A stretch of DNA of 64,000 nucleotides from Octopus vulgaris (Eukaryota), in NCBI GenBank assembly GCA_951406725.2, contig OX597831.1:2232001-2296000 (forward strand). The letters run 5' to 3'. Under the pieces are notes generated by a model, which searched no databases, was not told the DNA's origin, and saw only the letters and a list, made by a program, of their open reading frames with translations. Each line of letters begins with the position of its first letter. Within the stretch, counting starts at the first letter, position 1. Shown here in pieces: positions 51,336-64,000 of the stretch. The translations under genes were made by a program, and so were the position numbers.

Positions 51336-51509
51336 ATATATATATCATCATCATCATCATTTAACGTCCGCTTTCCATGCTAGCATGGGTTGGACGGTTC
51401 AACTGGAGTCTGGGGAGCCAGAAGGCTGCACCAGGCCAGTCAGATCTGGCAGTGTTTCTACAGCTGGATGCCCTTCCTAACGCCAACCACTCCGAGAGTG
51501 TAGCGGGTG

Positions 51510-51890
51510 ATTTTATGTGCCACCGACACAGGTGCCAGACGAAGCTGGCAGACGGCCACGCTCGGATGGTGTTTTTATGTGCCACCGACACAAGTGCCAG
51601 ATGAGGCTGGCGAACGGCCACGATCGGATGGTGTTTTTTTTATGTGCCACCGACACAGGTGCCAGATGAGGCTGGCAGACGGCCACGCTCGGATGGTGTT
51701 TTTATGTGCCACCGACACAAGTGCCAGATGAGGCTGGCGAACGGCCACGATCGGATGGTGTTTTTATGTGCCACCGACACAGGTGCCAGATGAGGCTGGC
51801 GAACGGCCACGCTCGGATGGTGTTTTTATGTGCCACCGACACAAGTGCCAGATGAGGCTGGCGAACGGCCACGATCGGATGGTGTTTGTT
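51510..51890 (+). repeat. About 61-bp tandem repeat, six units, inside a family D element
   Basis: Unit ttttatgtgccaccgacacaggtgccagatgaggctggcgaacggccacgatcggatggtg. Confidence 0.92.
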
Positions 51891-51906
51891 ACGTGCCCAC
51901 AGCACG

Positions 51907-51945
<39 letters not shown>

Positions 51946-53546
51946 ATGACAGAAGTATTTTTCTACACATTTTTCATACCAGTAGCATATAAAGAGGTAA
52001 ACTTTTTGATATTTGTGTAATATTGAAAGATGGAGAACCAAACTGTAGGCTTGGCTGTATTATGATTGCTACTTCACTGTTGTCATCTCCAATTCGGTTG
52101 GAACTTCTTTTACTATAATCACAGGTACTAGTAATATTCTAGGGTCTGTTTTAACGACTGTTCTCCCTCCCCAGTAAATTGGCTTTTGAATAAGCTGGAC
52201 AATAAACTACTTAGCAAAAAGCAATAAAAAGACTGCAGTCTTCCCATTTGAGACAAAGGTTAAAAGTGGCATGTGTGCATGTGTTATTTATTTTGATCAT
52301 TACTCCTTCCCCTTATATTGGCAAGAGAACACTTCTAGAAGTATCATTTAAAGATTCAGTTGGGGGGAAAAAAAAGCCAAAAGCCAAAAAAAAAAAACCC
52401 CAACCAAAAAACGATCATGGAGACTCAGGAGACAGTTGGAATAATTTGTTAAAACATCAAGATGTCTGTAAAATGTTGCTGACAGAAAGTGTGTATGAGA
52501 AAACAGAATAAATTACTGGTTAAAAGTATTATCCTGAACAATCAATAAAGCTGCTGTCTAGACGTAGGAAATGTCTGCGACCTCATTGTACACAGCTGCA
52601 ATGTTATTCTCCACATGAAATCAATAAGCAGACAGGACTGTAGACTTAACTAACCAGAATTTGCTGGTTAAAGTTTAGCGTTGGCGAGAGATAATCTTTT
52701 ATAAAAGTTTATTCACTTTCTTCTTCATGCTTGTGCGAATATGAACTCATCTAATTTTTGTTTTCTCCAAGTCCAACCTCCCTCTGCACTTTACTCAGAT
52801 TATTTCAGAGGATATTCTATAATTTATAAAAATAATATCATGTCTAGGTTATAAAATAGAAAAAAAAAAGAAAAAAAAGAATTTTTTTTTTTTTTAAACC
52901 ATACTTTATTGCTTTTATTGCTGAGAGGTCCATAGCCTGTAAATGTAAACTCATTTATAATGAAACCTTTCAGATAATCAGAATGGAGTTTTATATTAAT
53001 TGTTTTTCCAATATTTATCATGGCTATTCATAAATTGATTTATTGTTGTCGACTTGACAACTTCACTTGGTAACCAATTCCAGCCAGTAGGTAGTAATTC
53101 TGTGCAGGAACAGTCGCTTGTTTTTAAGTTTGTCCTACATCTTTGCAACTATATATATATATATACATATAATATTACATACATACACACACACACAGCC
53201 ACAGTTATTATAGTGGAGTAGGCATTAAATGCCACTACTTCAAAAGACCATTCTGCCATAACTCTGAGGCAAAAGATTGTTAATTAGGATACTGCCATAT
53301 TCATACTTGTTAGGAGTACCCTAGGGTATGGCAACACTGTTGTTTCACACCAAACTACAATGTCACACTACTTAGACATTCAGTTGAGATGAATTTCAGT
53401 ATTTAGTTTCATCCCCTTGCATTCTATCTTTAAAATTCTGTCGGACTTCATTTTGAATTTTATTCCTAGAAGTATCAAGAATTAAGAACTAGTAATATAC
53501 TGAGGAGGCCAATTCAATCAACTCAATACAATTATTATATTATAAT

Positions 53547-53937
53547 AAAATTATTAACCATCTTACCAACAATAACTCTGAGCACCTTTTCAAACTCCAC
53601 CTGTCTAACACCCGTGGACATGTTTACAAAGTCAGAAAACAGCACAGCTCCCATGACTTTCGGAAACATTTTTTCACGCTAAGAGTTGCTGAAGTATGGA
53701 ACAAACTGCTGGTATCAGTTTTTAGTTGTTGGAGCACTGCATCCTTCAAAACTTCCATGCTTCCTGAGATTCGCCAACACTACACCTGATTTTCTCCCCT
53801 CCATACACATGCAAGCATGTATCTGACTCATACATTGTTCCCTTTCCAGACATTTGTACATTGCTGCATATGCTTTATATGCAGTTTCGACAAGTTGTGG
53901 TGCACCTGAGCAATAATTTCATTATTATTATTATTAT
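53547..53937 (+). mobile_element. CR1-clade LINE 3' end, second family
   Basis: NTRGHVYKVRKQHSSHDFRKHFFTLRVAEVWNKL...SFK, stop, short 3' UTR and (TTA)n tail. Confidence 0.8.
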
Positions 53938-56338
53938 AATACTCCTATAAACTTTTGGTCTTGCACCAGTACATGGAACTAGTATTTAACTAACAAATGG
54001 CAATCACTGTTACCCTAAATATTAATTACTTACATAGACATAACTCCCAAATCTGAGGAAGGGTACAATCAATTATATTGACCCCCATCACATGACTGCT
54101 ACTTTATTTTATCAACCTGGAAAGGATAATAGGCAAAGAGTTTTCTTGACAGGATTTGAACACAGGACATAAAAGGCTGTAACTAAATATCACATGGTAT
54201 TTTGTACAAAGCTCTAAAACAATTCTACCAATCCACTTCCCTAAATATTCATAACATCACTACAGAAGTCATACATACAATAATTTCATTATTATAAAGA
54301 TGACTTCAGGACAAAGCTAACAAAATATTCATCAAATGTTAATACATTCAATTAATGGATCAGAGTACGTAAGTTGAAAAGATATAACTGAGCTGAAATA
54401 GGTAATTATACCAATAACAGTTGAATAATTATAGTATTTAGGCAGTGGATTAGCAAAATCTCTATAACAGACAGAATGTCTGAAATATTTTAGTTACAGC
54501 CATTTATGTTCTCAGTTTCAAATTCTGCCAAAGTCAAATTCATCTCATCTTTTCACATTGGATAAAATATAATACCAGGCATGTAATGGGGGTGGTTTAA
54601 TATTCCTGTAAGGTATCCTTTAATGTAGATGGAATTATAATAGAAGACTTATTAGGTCACTGTTTTTTGCTTGTGATGTTTCAATGGCAATTTTTATTCT
54701 TCTCCACAGATTTCTGCTATGTTATAGATTGCGTGGGTAGTAGAGACAATAGAATACATATAGCATTCACAGGCAAACTACAGCATGGTGGACTTTCTAA
54801 ATAGCATGCCTAATGGAAAATTACCTTGAATTTTTTTTTAATAGCACAGCCTGCTCAACAATGAGCTATGTCACATGCAGCCTGCTTTTTGAAAGGGGTT
54901 ACCCATGCCTGACATGTGGGCTGTGTGGGTACCTGCTTAGGTTGAAATGGTGCCAGTAGCAGCTTAGGTATACTGATTCAGGGCCTATAAGATGGGGCTG
55001 ATAATATCAGTTCAGAGTCTAGGGCCCAAAAGCAGTCTGTGACTACCTGCCAAAGCACCTATCTCCACCCCAAAAGAATAAAACAAAATATCTTTGAATT
55101 TTGAGAGAAACTCTCCATTCCTTCTTTAGTGGGTTGAGAGTAGTCTTGTTCTGCTTTGCCAAATTTCTCTCAGAAGTCATGTGTAGGTCTCTTCTGGGTA
55201 GAAAGAGATAGACAAATAACAACTATCGGTAACCTTAACTTCTGTGATCAAACATACTAAGCACATGTTTAATCAGTGGCATTTATTCCAGAGTCTCCCA
55301 GGATCAACCACATCAAGTCAATGGTGATTTTTTTTCCCTCCAAAAATATATTAGAATCTAGTTTCTTCATCCTTTTTTTGTTTGTTTGACCGTTTCTGAC
55401 ATTCGTTATTTTTCTTTCTTTTTATATTTTATCAGCCGTCTCCAAACGTCTATTTAATCCCATTTGAAGTAGACCATATCACCATGAACACACCAGACAA
55501 GATATATCAGCTTTTAAAACAAAGAACTATTCAAGTAGAAAACAGCGATAAGATTTCAAGGGAAGTAACTCCTACACACCACCACCACCAACATTGCCGA
55601 TAAGAATACACAACGAAGGCGCCTTTGTGTGGTCGCCTGTCATGCTAGTTGTAGCGACCAAATATCTCTCAAATCACATCGTTTCGTTTAAAAAAATAGA
55701 AGAAGAAGAAAAAGAATTGAATAAATGTAATTCTAGATACACAATGGTTAAAAAGAATGGGAGTGTCACAACTAGAATACTGAAGATCGTAAGCCTGTCC
55801 GCTCAAGTTTGGCTTGGGGCTAAACAGCAATAACAAACAAAGAAACTTGTCAGTCGGCAAATCTTTTGGGTGGATATCTTAAGATATTCATTACTTTTTG
55901 ACTTTTGGATAGCTCACTTCCATCCCCATCCAATAATTCAAAAGCAAAAAAACAATAAAAAGGAAAAAAAGGCTAGAATCAGTAATTCAATAAAAGGCAG
56001 ACGATCGCGCGCGCGCATACACACAGGGTATATTCATACATATCGTACTTAAGAGAGAAAGAAGTTAACTGGTTAAAAAAATAGGAACCCCCACCTCCGA
56101 ACAGAACTAATGAATCACGTTCGTCTTATTTTTTTTAAAAGTACCAACTTCTATGAAAGGCAATTCCAGCGACTCAGTCTCTCAGTCACCCGTGGTACTG
56201 CTGTAGGTGGCTTGGCTTATTTTAAACATTTTTTTTTAGGGGAACACCAGGGTTCCTGAACGCAATGTTTAATTGAGGGAATGTATATACAGATTTTCTT
56301 CTGTACCCCATTTTTTAAAAATATTATTATCATATATA

Positions 56339-56465
56339 GGCATGGTTGTGTGGTAAGAAGCTTGCTTCCAGCTTCAGTCCCACTATATGACACCTTGGGC
56401 ATGTGTCTTCTGCTAGCCAACCGAAGTCTTGTGAGTAGATTTGGTAGACAGAAACTGAAAGGAGT

Positions 56466-56501
<36 letters not shown>

Positions 56502-57146
56502 CACACACACACACACATCTCTCTCTATATATAAACGGCAGTTTGTCTGTGCGTGTTTCTGTGTGTCTGTTTGCTTGTACCCTCACCCTGACTACGGCTT
56601 TCAACCGATTCTGATGAAACTTGACACACACATAGCCCAATGTCATAATTCAAAACTAACGCAGCGAAAATTTTGAAAAGTTCCCCCAGTTCTGAAAAAA
56701 ATCGATAAATTCGACATGGGGTCGAGAATCAGAAACACAAACCGCAAACTGTCTAGGGGACGCAACTCCACCTTTTTTAACTAAAAAAAAATTTACCATA
56801 ATTTTTTTCCAATTTTTTGGCTATAACTCTCTAAAAATGCTTTATAGTTATTTCCCTTACAAACCTGAGCAACGCCGGGCGATACTGCTAGTATATAGAT
56901 AGATATGATGGGTGTCTTTCAGTTATATATATATATATATATATTGTGTGTATTTTTCCCCCACCAGCACTTGACAACCGGTGTTGATGTGTTTATGTCC
57001 CCATAACTTAGCAGTTCACCAAAAGAAACTGATAGATTAAGTACAAGGCTTTAAAATATAATTCCTGGGAGTTGATTTGTCTTACTGAAACCTCTTCAAG
57101 GTGGTGCCCCAACATGGCCAAGTGAAATGACAAATAAGTAAAAGAA
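56339..57146 (+). mobile_element. SINE family A copy split by a Helitron insertion
   Basis: Head 56339-56470 and tail about 56945-57146 are separated by the Helitron at 56518-56891. Confidence 0.75.
56518..56891 (+). mobile_element. Non-autonomous Helitron
   Basis: A|TC start, ctgagcaacgccgggcgatactgCTAG|T end; 3' part shared with the 7901-8385 element. Confidence 0.85.
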
Positions 57147-58550
57147 TATATACACACACGTATATATATTCATTTTCTTAACTGTTTCCTATTGAAAATT
57201 GTGGGGGTTTTTTTCAATGTATAAAGAGCACACTGAAAAAATACAGTGTGAGTGAGAGCAGTAAAGACATATACTACATATCATTAACATAGGTGCTCCA
57301 GCATGGCCACACCCTTTGGGCTGGAACACACAGTAATTGTAGATGTGACAAAACAGTCATGACTGCAATGAGAACAGATATAGTCAGAGTTGGATAGCAA
57401 ATAATGGAAACCATTCTGGAGCAGACACCACAGCTGGTGTGAGGTAGAAGATGGTAAGTGTGAAAAAAAAAATGGGTGTGAAATATTAACGACAACACTT
57501 ATGTCAGTGACAATGACGACTGAATTTCTGACGCCTATTCCAAAAAAATACTGAGATAAAAATCAATTTCTGTTCTATTACAAGGGAACTTCTTGATGAC
57601 TGCTCTCTGGTGAGTTGTTTTAACTTCCCAGTAATAAACTAATTTCTCAAGCAAGCCAATGAGAAAGCTTCTAAGTGATTGCTCAAAATGTTAGAAATAG
57701 CAGCCAAATCTCTTCCCACTCATGCTCTAATAGTCCTAGGTACACTATATCTGAAAGCAAGACAGGATAGTCTGCTGGATCTGAGCTGACCTACAACTAA
57801 TTTCCTCACAAGAAGATAGTAAGCAGAATCGGTAAATCAGTCCTAGACAGCCCGAGCTAGAATGGAAAGAAACGAAAGCAGTTTGTGCTGAAGTGAGTTG
57901 TGGGACCACTGCTTCAAGCAGAGACTTTCATCTAAGAAGAAAATATTCTACGCTGATGTGAAGCACTAAGCTTCTAACGAAGTAAAAATAATGAGAGTCT
58001 GCGATATTCATGCCATTTTCCTTATTAAAGAACTGGAAATTAGTAATGCAAGTGAAAAAAGAAAACAGTTGTAACTGAGAATAAAAACTGGCTGATGATT
58101 CAGATTGATAAGAACCTTCCAGTGCATGGCGCTGAAATAAAATGCAGAAATAATGCAAAATTATAATTGAAGAATGCAAATAGAGACAGAACCAAATATT
58201 AAAAAAGTAAAACATGCTTCTATTGAAGAATGTAAAGTTAAAGCTTAAGATGGCCTGTGAAGGGATAGTATTTTAAACAGCTGCAGGAGAAGTTGTAGTA
58301 GCAGTAGTAATAATAAAAGCAGAGGTAGTTTTTTTCTCATAGTAGCAGCAGCAGTAGTAGTAGTAGTCAGAGTGATAGTTGTACTACAGTAACAAGCATG
58401 ACTAAACTCGTTAGGATTGTTGTTAACCCAGAATGAGCAAGCCCAATTGAGAAAGACAGCTAGACTGGGTGGCATGTTCAACTACCGATTTAGAGACATC
58501 TCAGAATGGTAAAGGGTTGTGAGGATATTTGCTGACAGATGCAAACATAC

Positions 58551-59701
58551 CTAGAATGGGATTCTCTAGCATGCAAATAACTCACAGAGTCTCCGTCAGA
58601 GAATTCTTCCTTGGTAATAATACTTTCATTTGCTTTGACAGATTCTTCTTCAAAAAGTATGGTATCTCCTGTTTTTGTCAACATGTCCCCATCTTCAGAA
58701 GCAGCAGTGGTATTGTTTTCTGCCTGGTCATCTTCGAGAGTCACAAACTTTACCCCGTCTACACATTCTTCATTATTAATCTGACCCTGTTCTCTAGAAT
58801 CTTCCCCATCAGACAGATCCACGTCAGTGTCCCCAGTTTCCTTTCCCTCAAACTTTGCTGCTACTTCCTCTTCATTTTCTGAAGACCCTACTTTGTCCGG
58901 TGTTTCCTTCTCGGAATCACTAGACTCTTTGGCTTTTTCATAATCTGAAGTTCTGCCAGTCTCTTCCTCTATCGTATTCTCACCCAGTACTCTATCTGGT
59001 GCTTCTTCTTCACTGTCTACCGAAGCTCTGTCAAATCTCTCTTCTCTAAGGTCTACCTCTCCTGTAGTGTCATTGACATCACTAAAAGACCCCTCTACAG
59101 TTCTATCATTAAAATTCTCACCAGACACTTCCATTGTGCAGTTATCTGCATCACTATCAGATTTATTGACTAAACACTCTTCTATAGCATTATTGTATCC
59201 CTCCACTGTATTCTCGTTTCCAGTTCTATCAATCTCCTCTACTATTTCGTCATTTGAAACATTACCAGACCTCTCCCCTATACTATCATCTATAGACCTA
59301 TCAGACACCTCTACTACACTATCATCTTCGGCTCTATCAGATCCTACTACAGTTCTATCATGTAAGGCTCTATCAGATCCTTCTTCTACACTATCAGATC
59401 TATCATCAAAATGTTTGTTTTCAGTCAGGCTTCTGTTTACTGTCTCACATACTTCTGACTTCAAAATTGCCTCGTTTTCTCCCACTGGAAAACTTTTTTC
59501 TGCATCCTCTTCAAAATCCCCAGGCTTACTGTCATCTTCAGCTGTTTCTTTGCTATCTTCATCATTACTCATGATGGTTTCAGTATCAGCTAAGTTGACG
59601 TCTACTTCCTTCCCATCATTATTGTCGTCTAAATTAACATCCAGTTTTCTAACCGTCTCGGTGGCTTCAGATTGTTCGACAATTATTTGTTCTTCTTCAG
59701 C
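58551..59701 (-). CDS. Large acidic (Glu/Asp/Ser-rich) coding exon of an unidentified gene, 1151 bp
   Basis: Acceptor gatataag before 59701, donor gtatgt after 58551; open frame AEEEQIIVEQSEATET...MSNDEDSKE...RESHS; extends ORF 58490..59572 upstream by 43 codons; contains about 12-aa repeats (DRTVxGSDRA-like). Phase 0 to phase 2. Confidence 0.8.
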
Positions 59702-59834
59702 CTTATATCAACAAAAAGATTAAATATAAATGAGGGAATAAATAAAAATTATGTTAAAGTAAAATCTGATATTGGAATACAAAGAAAATATTAAATTCAT
59801 AAAATATCAAAATTATAAATCTTTGGTAGGTTGT

Positions 59835-59872
<38 letters not shown>

Positions 59873-61811
59873 ATATATATATGTATAACAGCACAATAGT
59901 AACATACATGCAAAAAAAAAGAACAATGTGTGTGCAAATATATATATATATGTATGTAAGCGTGTATGTGTATATATATTTTGATATGTGTATGCATATA
60001 CGTGCGTCTGCATAAATGAATAAATATATACATATAACATAAAACATTACATGGACAGCAACACTAACTGAAACACACATATATAACAACACATTAAAAC
60101 AGAATTTCACCAATACACATACAAACAAATTTACAGTAAAACACACACAGACAGACAGACAGACAGCACTACATCAACAAACACAAATACATATCACTTT
60201 TTTTTTCTCTTTTTCAGTTAACTCTGAAGCTAGATAAATGACACTGTCCATACCACATCCATGTGCGCTGACAGTAGCCTACCCCCATCACCTTACCCCG
60301 ATCTCATCACATCAGCAGCTCCGGTATCCGTTAAGAAACTCATCCTTTCCATGACTACACGCATGTGCACACACACACACACACAAACACATATACGCAC
60401 ACGCGCACACAGAGTTCTGCCATCTTCACCCCAGTTAATGGAAATGTCAGAAGAAAGCTGGGACTGAGAATGTAAAAATACAGCAATAACATTGTCATTT
60501 CTGGAATTTTCGCAAACAATCATGGACGGAACGGATAAATCATGTTCTGAATGTTATTGTACGAGGGGGCTTGATCCTTGAAGATATGAAAATAGATTTG
60601 GGGGGGAAATGGAGAGCAGGAGAGTGGAAAGAAGATGACTCTATATTCAACTAAATAAATAAAACATTATACGTTGTTATAGTTTGAACTTCTGTATGAA
60701 TTGTCTGTCTGAGGTTTTGTGAGTCAGAAAGGCAAAACTGACGAACTTACAAAGATATTAAAACACCCAGTGCAGTTTCCTACAACAATAACAATCTTTT
60801 CTATTGTATATCTTCTGCTTTATTAATGTGGAGATGTTTATGTTAGTGTTTGTTGAGAACTCTGAAAGAAATGCATCGGTCAATGATGCACTTAAATCAC
60901 TTGGGTCGTCGTCATCATCATCATCATCATTTTAATTATTTGTTCTCTACATTGGTGCGGGTTTGACTGATCTGCAGTACAATGTATTACAATTTATTCC
61001 AGTCATGGGGACAATAAACAGGAATGACTGCAGGGTAGTTAAAATATCTGTCTATCTATCTATCATCTAGCTGTCTGTGTCTATCTGTGTGTGTGTGTGT
61101 GTGAAGGAGTAGGGATATGCTGAATGAAGAGCCATCGTTTCAGAGTGACCAATACACAAACATACTCTGGGATGAAAAACAGATCTAATTCAAAACATGC
61201 TTCTGAAAGCTGAAGCTCATGACAACCCAGAATGGATTTAATGTAAATGAGTTTTAAAGTCTTTGAAGAAGCCATTTAAAAATTTTTTTAGTTCTCATAA
61301 AATAGTCAAAAAGCAGATGGGGTACTCATCACTTTTTAAAGGCTCTTTTGGGCCAATGAACAGCGATGTGATTAATGTACAGTCTGAACATGTGTAAGAA
61401 AAAGCATGAGAGAAAAATCCAGGAGGTTACAGTTGCGAGGAGAAAGGATTGGAACAAAATGTTTTGGTGTAGGGATCTGTAGGTGAGACAAGAGGACAAG
61501 AAGCATATCTATCAATCTATCTATCTATATATATATATATATATATATACACATACATATATATAAAAGTAGAGAGAGCAAGAGAGACGAGAGTATTTTG
61601 TAGGCCAGGATGGAGAAGAAGTTGATAATACAGGAGTGGTAAAAGTGGTAGAAAGGGAGGGAGGAAAAGAGGTAGAAAAGGATGGGGGGGGGGGAGAACA
61701 TTGTGCCTGTGAGCTAGTGATTGCAGCTTGATGCTGAGTGAATCTTTGTCAATCAATAATGGCTTTATTTAATCAGGAAATAATGGAAAAAACAAATTTC
61801 GTGGTAGTGAA

Positions 61812-61856
61812 GCAACAACAACAACAACAGCAGCAGCAGCAGCAGCAGCAGCAACA
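61812..61856. repeat. (CAA)n(CAG)n microsatellite
   Basis: gcaacaacaacaacaacagcagcagcagc... Confidence 0.85.
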
Positions 61857-62897
61857 ATATTAACAGCAATAGCCGCTACCATTGAATACTGTTTGTAAAT
61901 AGAATCATAATTTTTCTGGAGCTTGACAATAGATTCCTAGATTTAGTGTTTGGACAAGAAGTTGCTTCAGGAAAGCAAACCATAAAGAAACTGTGTCAGA
62001 GAAAGAAAAAAGTCTGCAATGAAGGAGATGAATGATGAAGAGAATAACAACCCTATCACCACCACCATCATCATCAATAATGGGTGACAGTTGTTAGATG
62101 ATAATGAATAAATTTGTTGAGAAAATCTCAGCAACTCTCCAGATTATATTCCTGCCATTCTCCCCATAGTTGCTGTTCAGTGATTTCAAATTCAGAAATA
62201 ATAACTTTGGAACAGTTGTTTACCGATTACAGTTTCCGGCTCCTCCGTATCTTCTCCTCCACCACACCAAAACACGATAGAGAAAAGTAAATCAGTTGAA
62301 ATAACATTCTCAATGTTCTTTTTTTTTTATTTCTTTTATCATGTTTTATTTTTGTGTTAATTTTTTTTTTTTTTTCACTCCCTCTCTCTCTGGATTTTTC
62401 CTTATTTGAAGAATACAACTGAAAGCTTTATGGAACAAATTTGGATAGAATGGAACTATTATTTATTTTAGGTTCCGATTATTTCACCATTTGTGGAAAA
62501 AAAAAAATGAAAAAGGGGAAAAAAGAAACAAAACCTTGATGGAAATTGATATATTTATGTGTGTGTATGTATGTCTGTGTATGTGAAAGGAAATTGTTAG
62601 AAGTGGAAAAACTACAAATCTATCTATCTATATATACATACATACATACATACATACATACATACATGAGATAGAGAGAGAGGCACACATACACACGAAA
62701 ACACAAACATGAGGAAAAGAGCAGGAGAAAGAGTATATTTGAGCATGGACCAGCTAAAGAAACTTTTCAAGAGAAAGAAGCTGTTCAAATTTTCAGCTTA
62801 AATTATATTGCAAATAAATACACAACACACAAACTTAAAATGTAATTTTCAAAATCTATAAATGATGAAAACAAATAATAATAGTAATAATAATAAT

Positions 62898-64000
62898 AAT
62901 GGTTTCAAATTTTTTCCCAAGGGCAGCCACTTTGGAGGGGAGAGGGATAAGTCAGTTACATTGACCCCCCAGTGTTTCACTGGTACTTAATTTATTGATC
63001 CTGAAAGGATGAAAGGCAAAGTCAACTTTAGCAAAATTTGAACTCAGAATGTATCAATGGGCAAAATATTGCTAAGCATTTCGCCCAGCATGCTAGCAAT
63101 TCTGTCAGATCACCACCTTAATAATAATAATAATCCTTTCTACTATAGGCACAAGGCTTGGAATTTGTGGGGAGGTGGATAGTCAATCACATCAACCTCA
63201 GTACTTGACTAGCACTTAATTTAATCGACACTAAAAGGATGAAAGGCAAAACTGACCTCAGCAGAATTTGAACTCAGAATGTAAAGACAGACAAAATGCC
63301 AGAAAGCATTTTGCCCGGTGTGCTAACCATTCTGCCAGCTCACCACCTTAATAATAATAACAATAATAATGATAATAATACTTTCTACACTCACGGAGTG
63401 GTTGGCATTTGGAAGGGCATCCAGCAATAGAAACATTGCCAGATCAGACTGGGCCTGGTGCAGCCTTCTGGCTTCCCAGACCCCAGTTGAACCGTCCAAC
63501 CCATGCCAGCATGGAAAGCGGACGCTAAACGATGATGATGAATGGAAGCACAAGGCACCACATTTGAGGGAAGAGATTAAGCTGCTTACATTGGGCCCAG
63601 TGCTCAACTGATACTTATTCCATCAAATCCAGATGGATGAAATGCAAAGCCAACCTCACTGGAATTTGAAGGGGGGGAGCTTAGTTAATGACATAGATTC
63701 CAGTAAGTTGGCTGCTACTCTTTTTTTTTTTATCAATCCTGGAAGGATGAAAGGCAAAGTTGACCTTGGCAGAATTTGAACTCAGAATGTGAAGACAAAT
63801 AAAATGCTGCTAAGTATTTTGCCTGGCAGGGTAATGATTCTGCCAGCTCAGCACCCCAGTTAATGGAAATATTGATAAGAGAAATATGGATATGAATGAG
63901 GAGCAGTATGATGATAATGATGATGATAATAATTTTGGCACAAGACTAGAAATTCTGAGGGGAGGGGCCAGTCAGTTACATCCATACTAGTATTTGACTA
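62898..64000 (-). mobile_element. Cluster of head-to-tail SINE family B copies separated by (AAT)n, with a family D fragment at 63385-63540
   Basis: The block aaaggatgaaaggcaaagtcaac...atttgaactcagaatg recurs at about 63004, 63234 and 63743. Confidence 0.75.

Noticed and set aside
51510-51890. CRISPR-like array or tandem hammerheads (CAGATGA ... GAAC)
   Set aside because: No unique spacers and eukaryotic context; the core is CAGAUGA not CUGAUGA and there is no GAAA after the stem.
59067-59723. 218-aa Ser/Leu-rich + strand ORF (and 58529..58882)
   Set aside because: Antisense shadow of the acidic exon.
60297-60354. Exon-like segment MERMSFLTDTGAADVMRSG with gtaagg donor
   Set aside because: The only open frame ends in phase 2, incompatible with the phase 0 exon at 59701; no other support.

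Overview
AT-rich, intron-rich animal genomic DNA packed with (TA)n/(CA)n/(GAT)n microsatellites and tRNA-derived SINEs; the repeat content points to an octopus (coleoid cephalopod), which is an inference. Two spliced genes lie tail-to-tail. On the + strand are the last five coding exons of a metazoan uracil phosphoribosyltransferase homolog (UPRT, 16382-28636); its 5' exons were not found. On the - strand is the 3' part of an unidentified gene with Glu/Asp-rich, internally repetitive exons and microexons (59701 down to a stop at 40661), whose exon phases imply alternative, frame-switching C-termini. The rest is transposon-derived: four SINE-like families, decayed mariner and pogo transposases, TTAA-flanked piggyBac-type MITEs (some nested), two non-autonomous Helitrons, a Helentron-like element, CR1-clade LINE 3' ends, fold-back elements and minisatellites. 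The most notable non-coding signal is a near-complete type I hammerhead ribozyme core (- strand, about 16736-16830) in a (TA)n-flanked 350-bp element inside a UPRT intron, with two decayed relatives elsewhere. Nearly all ORFs in the supplied track are repeat artefacts.
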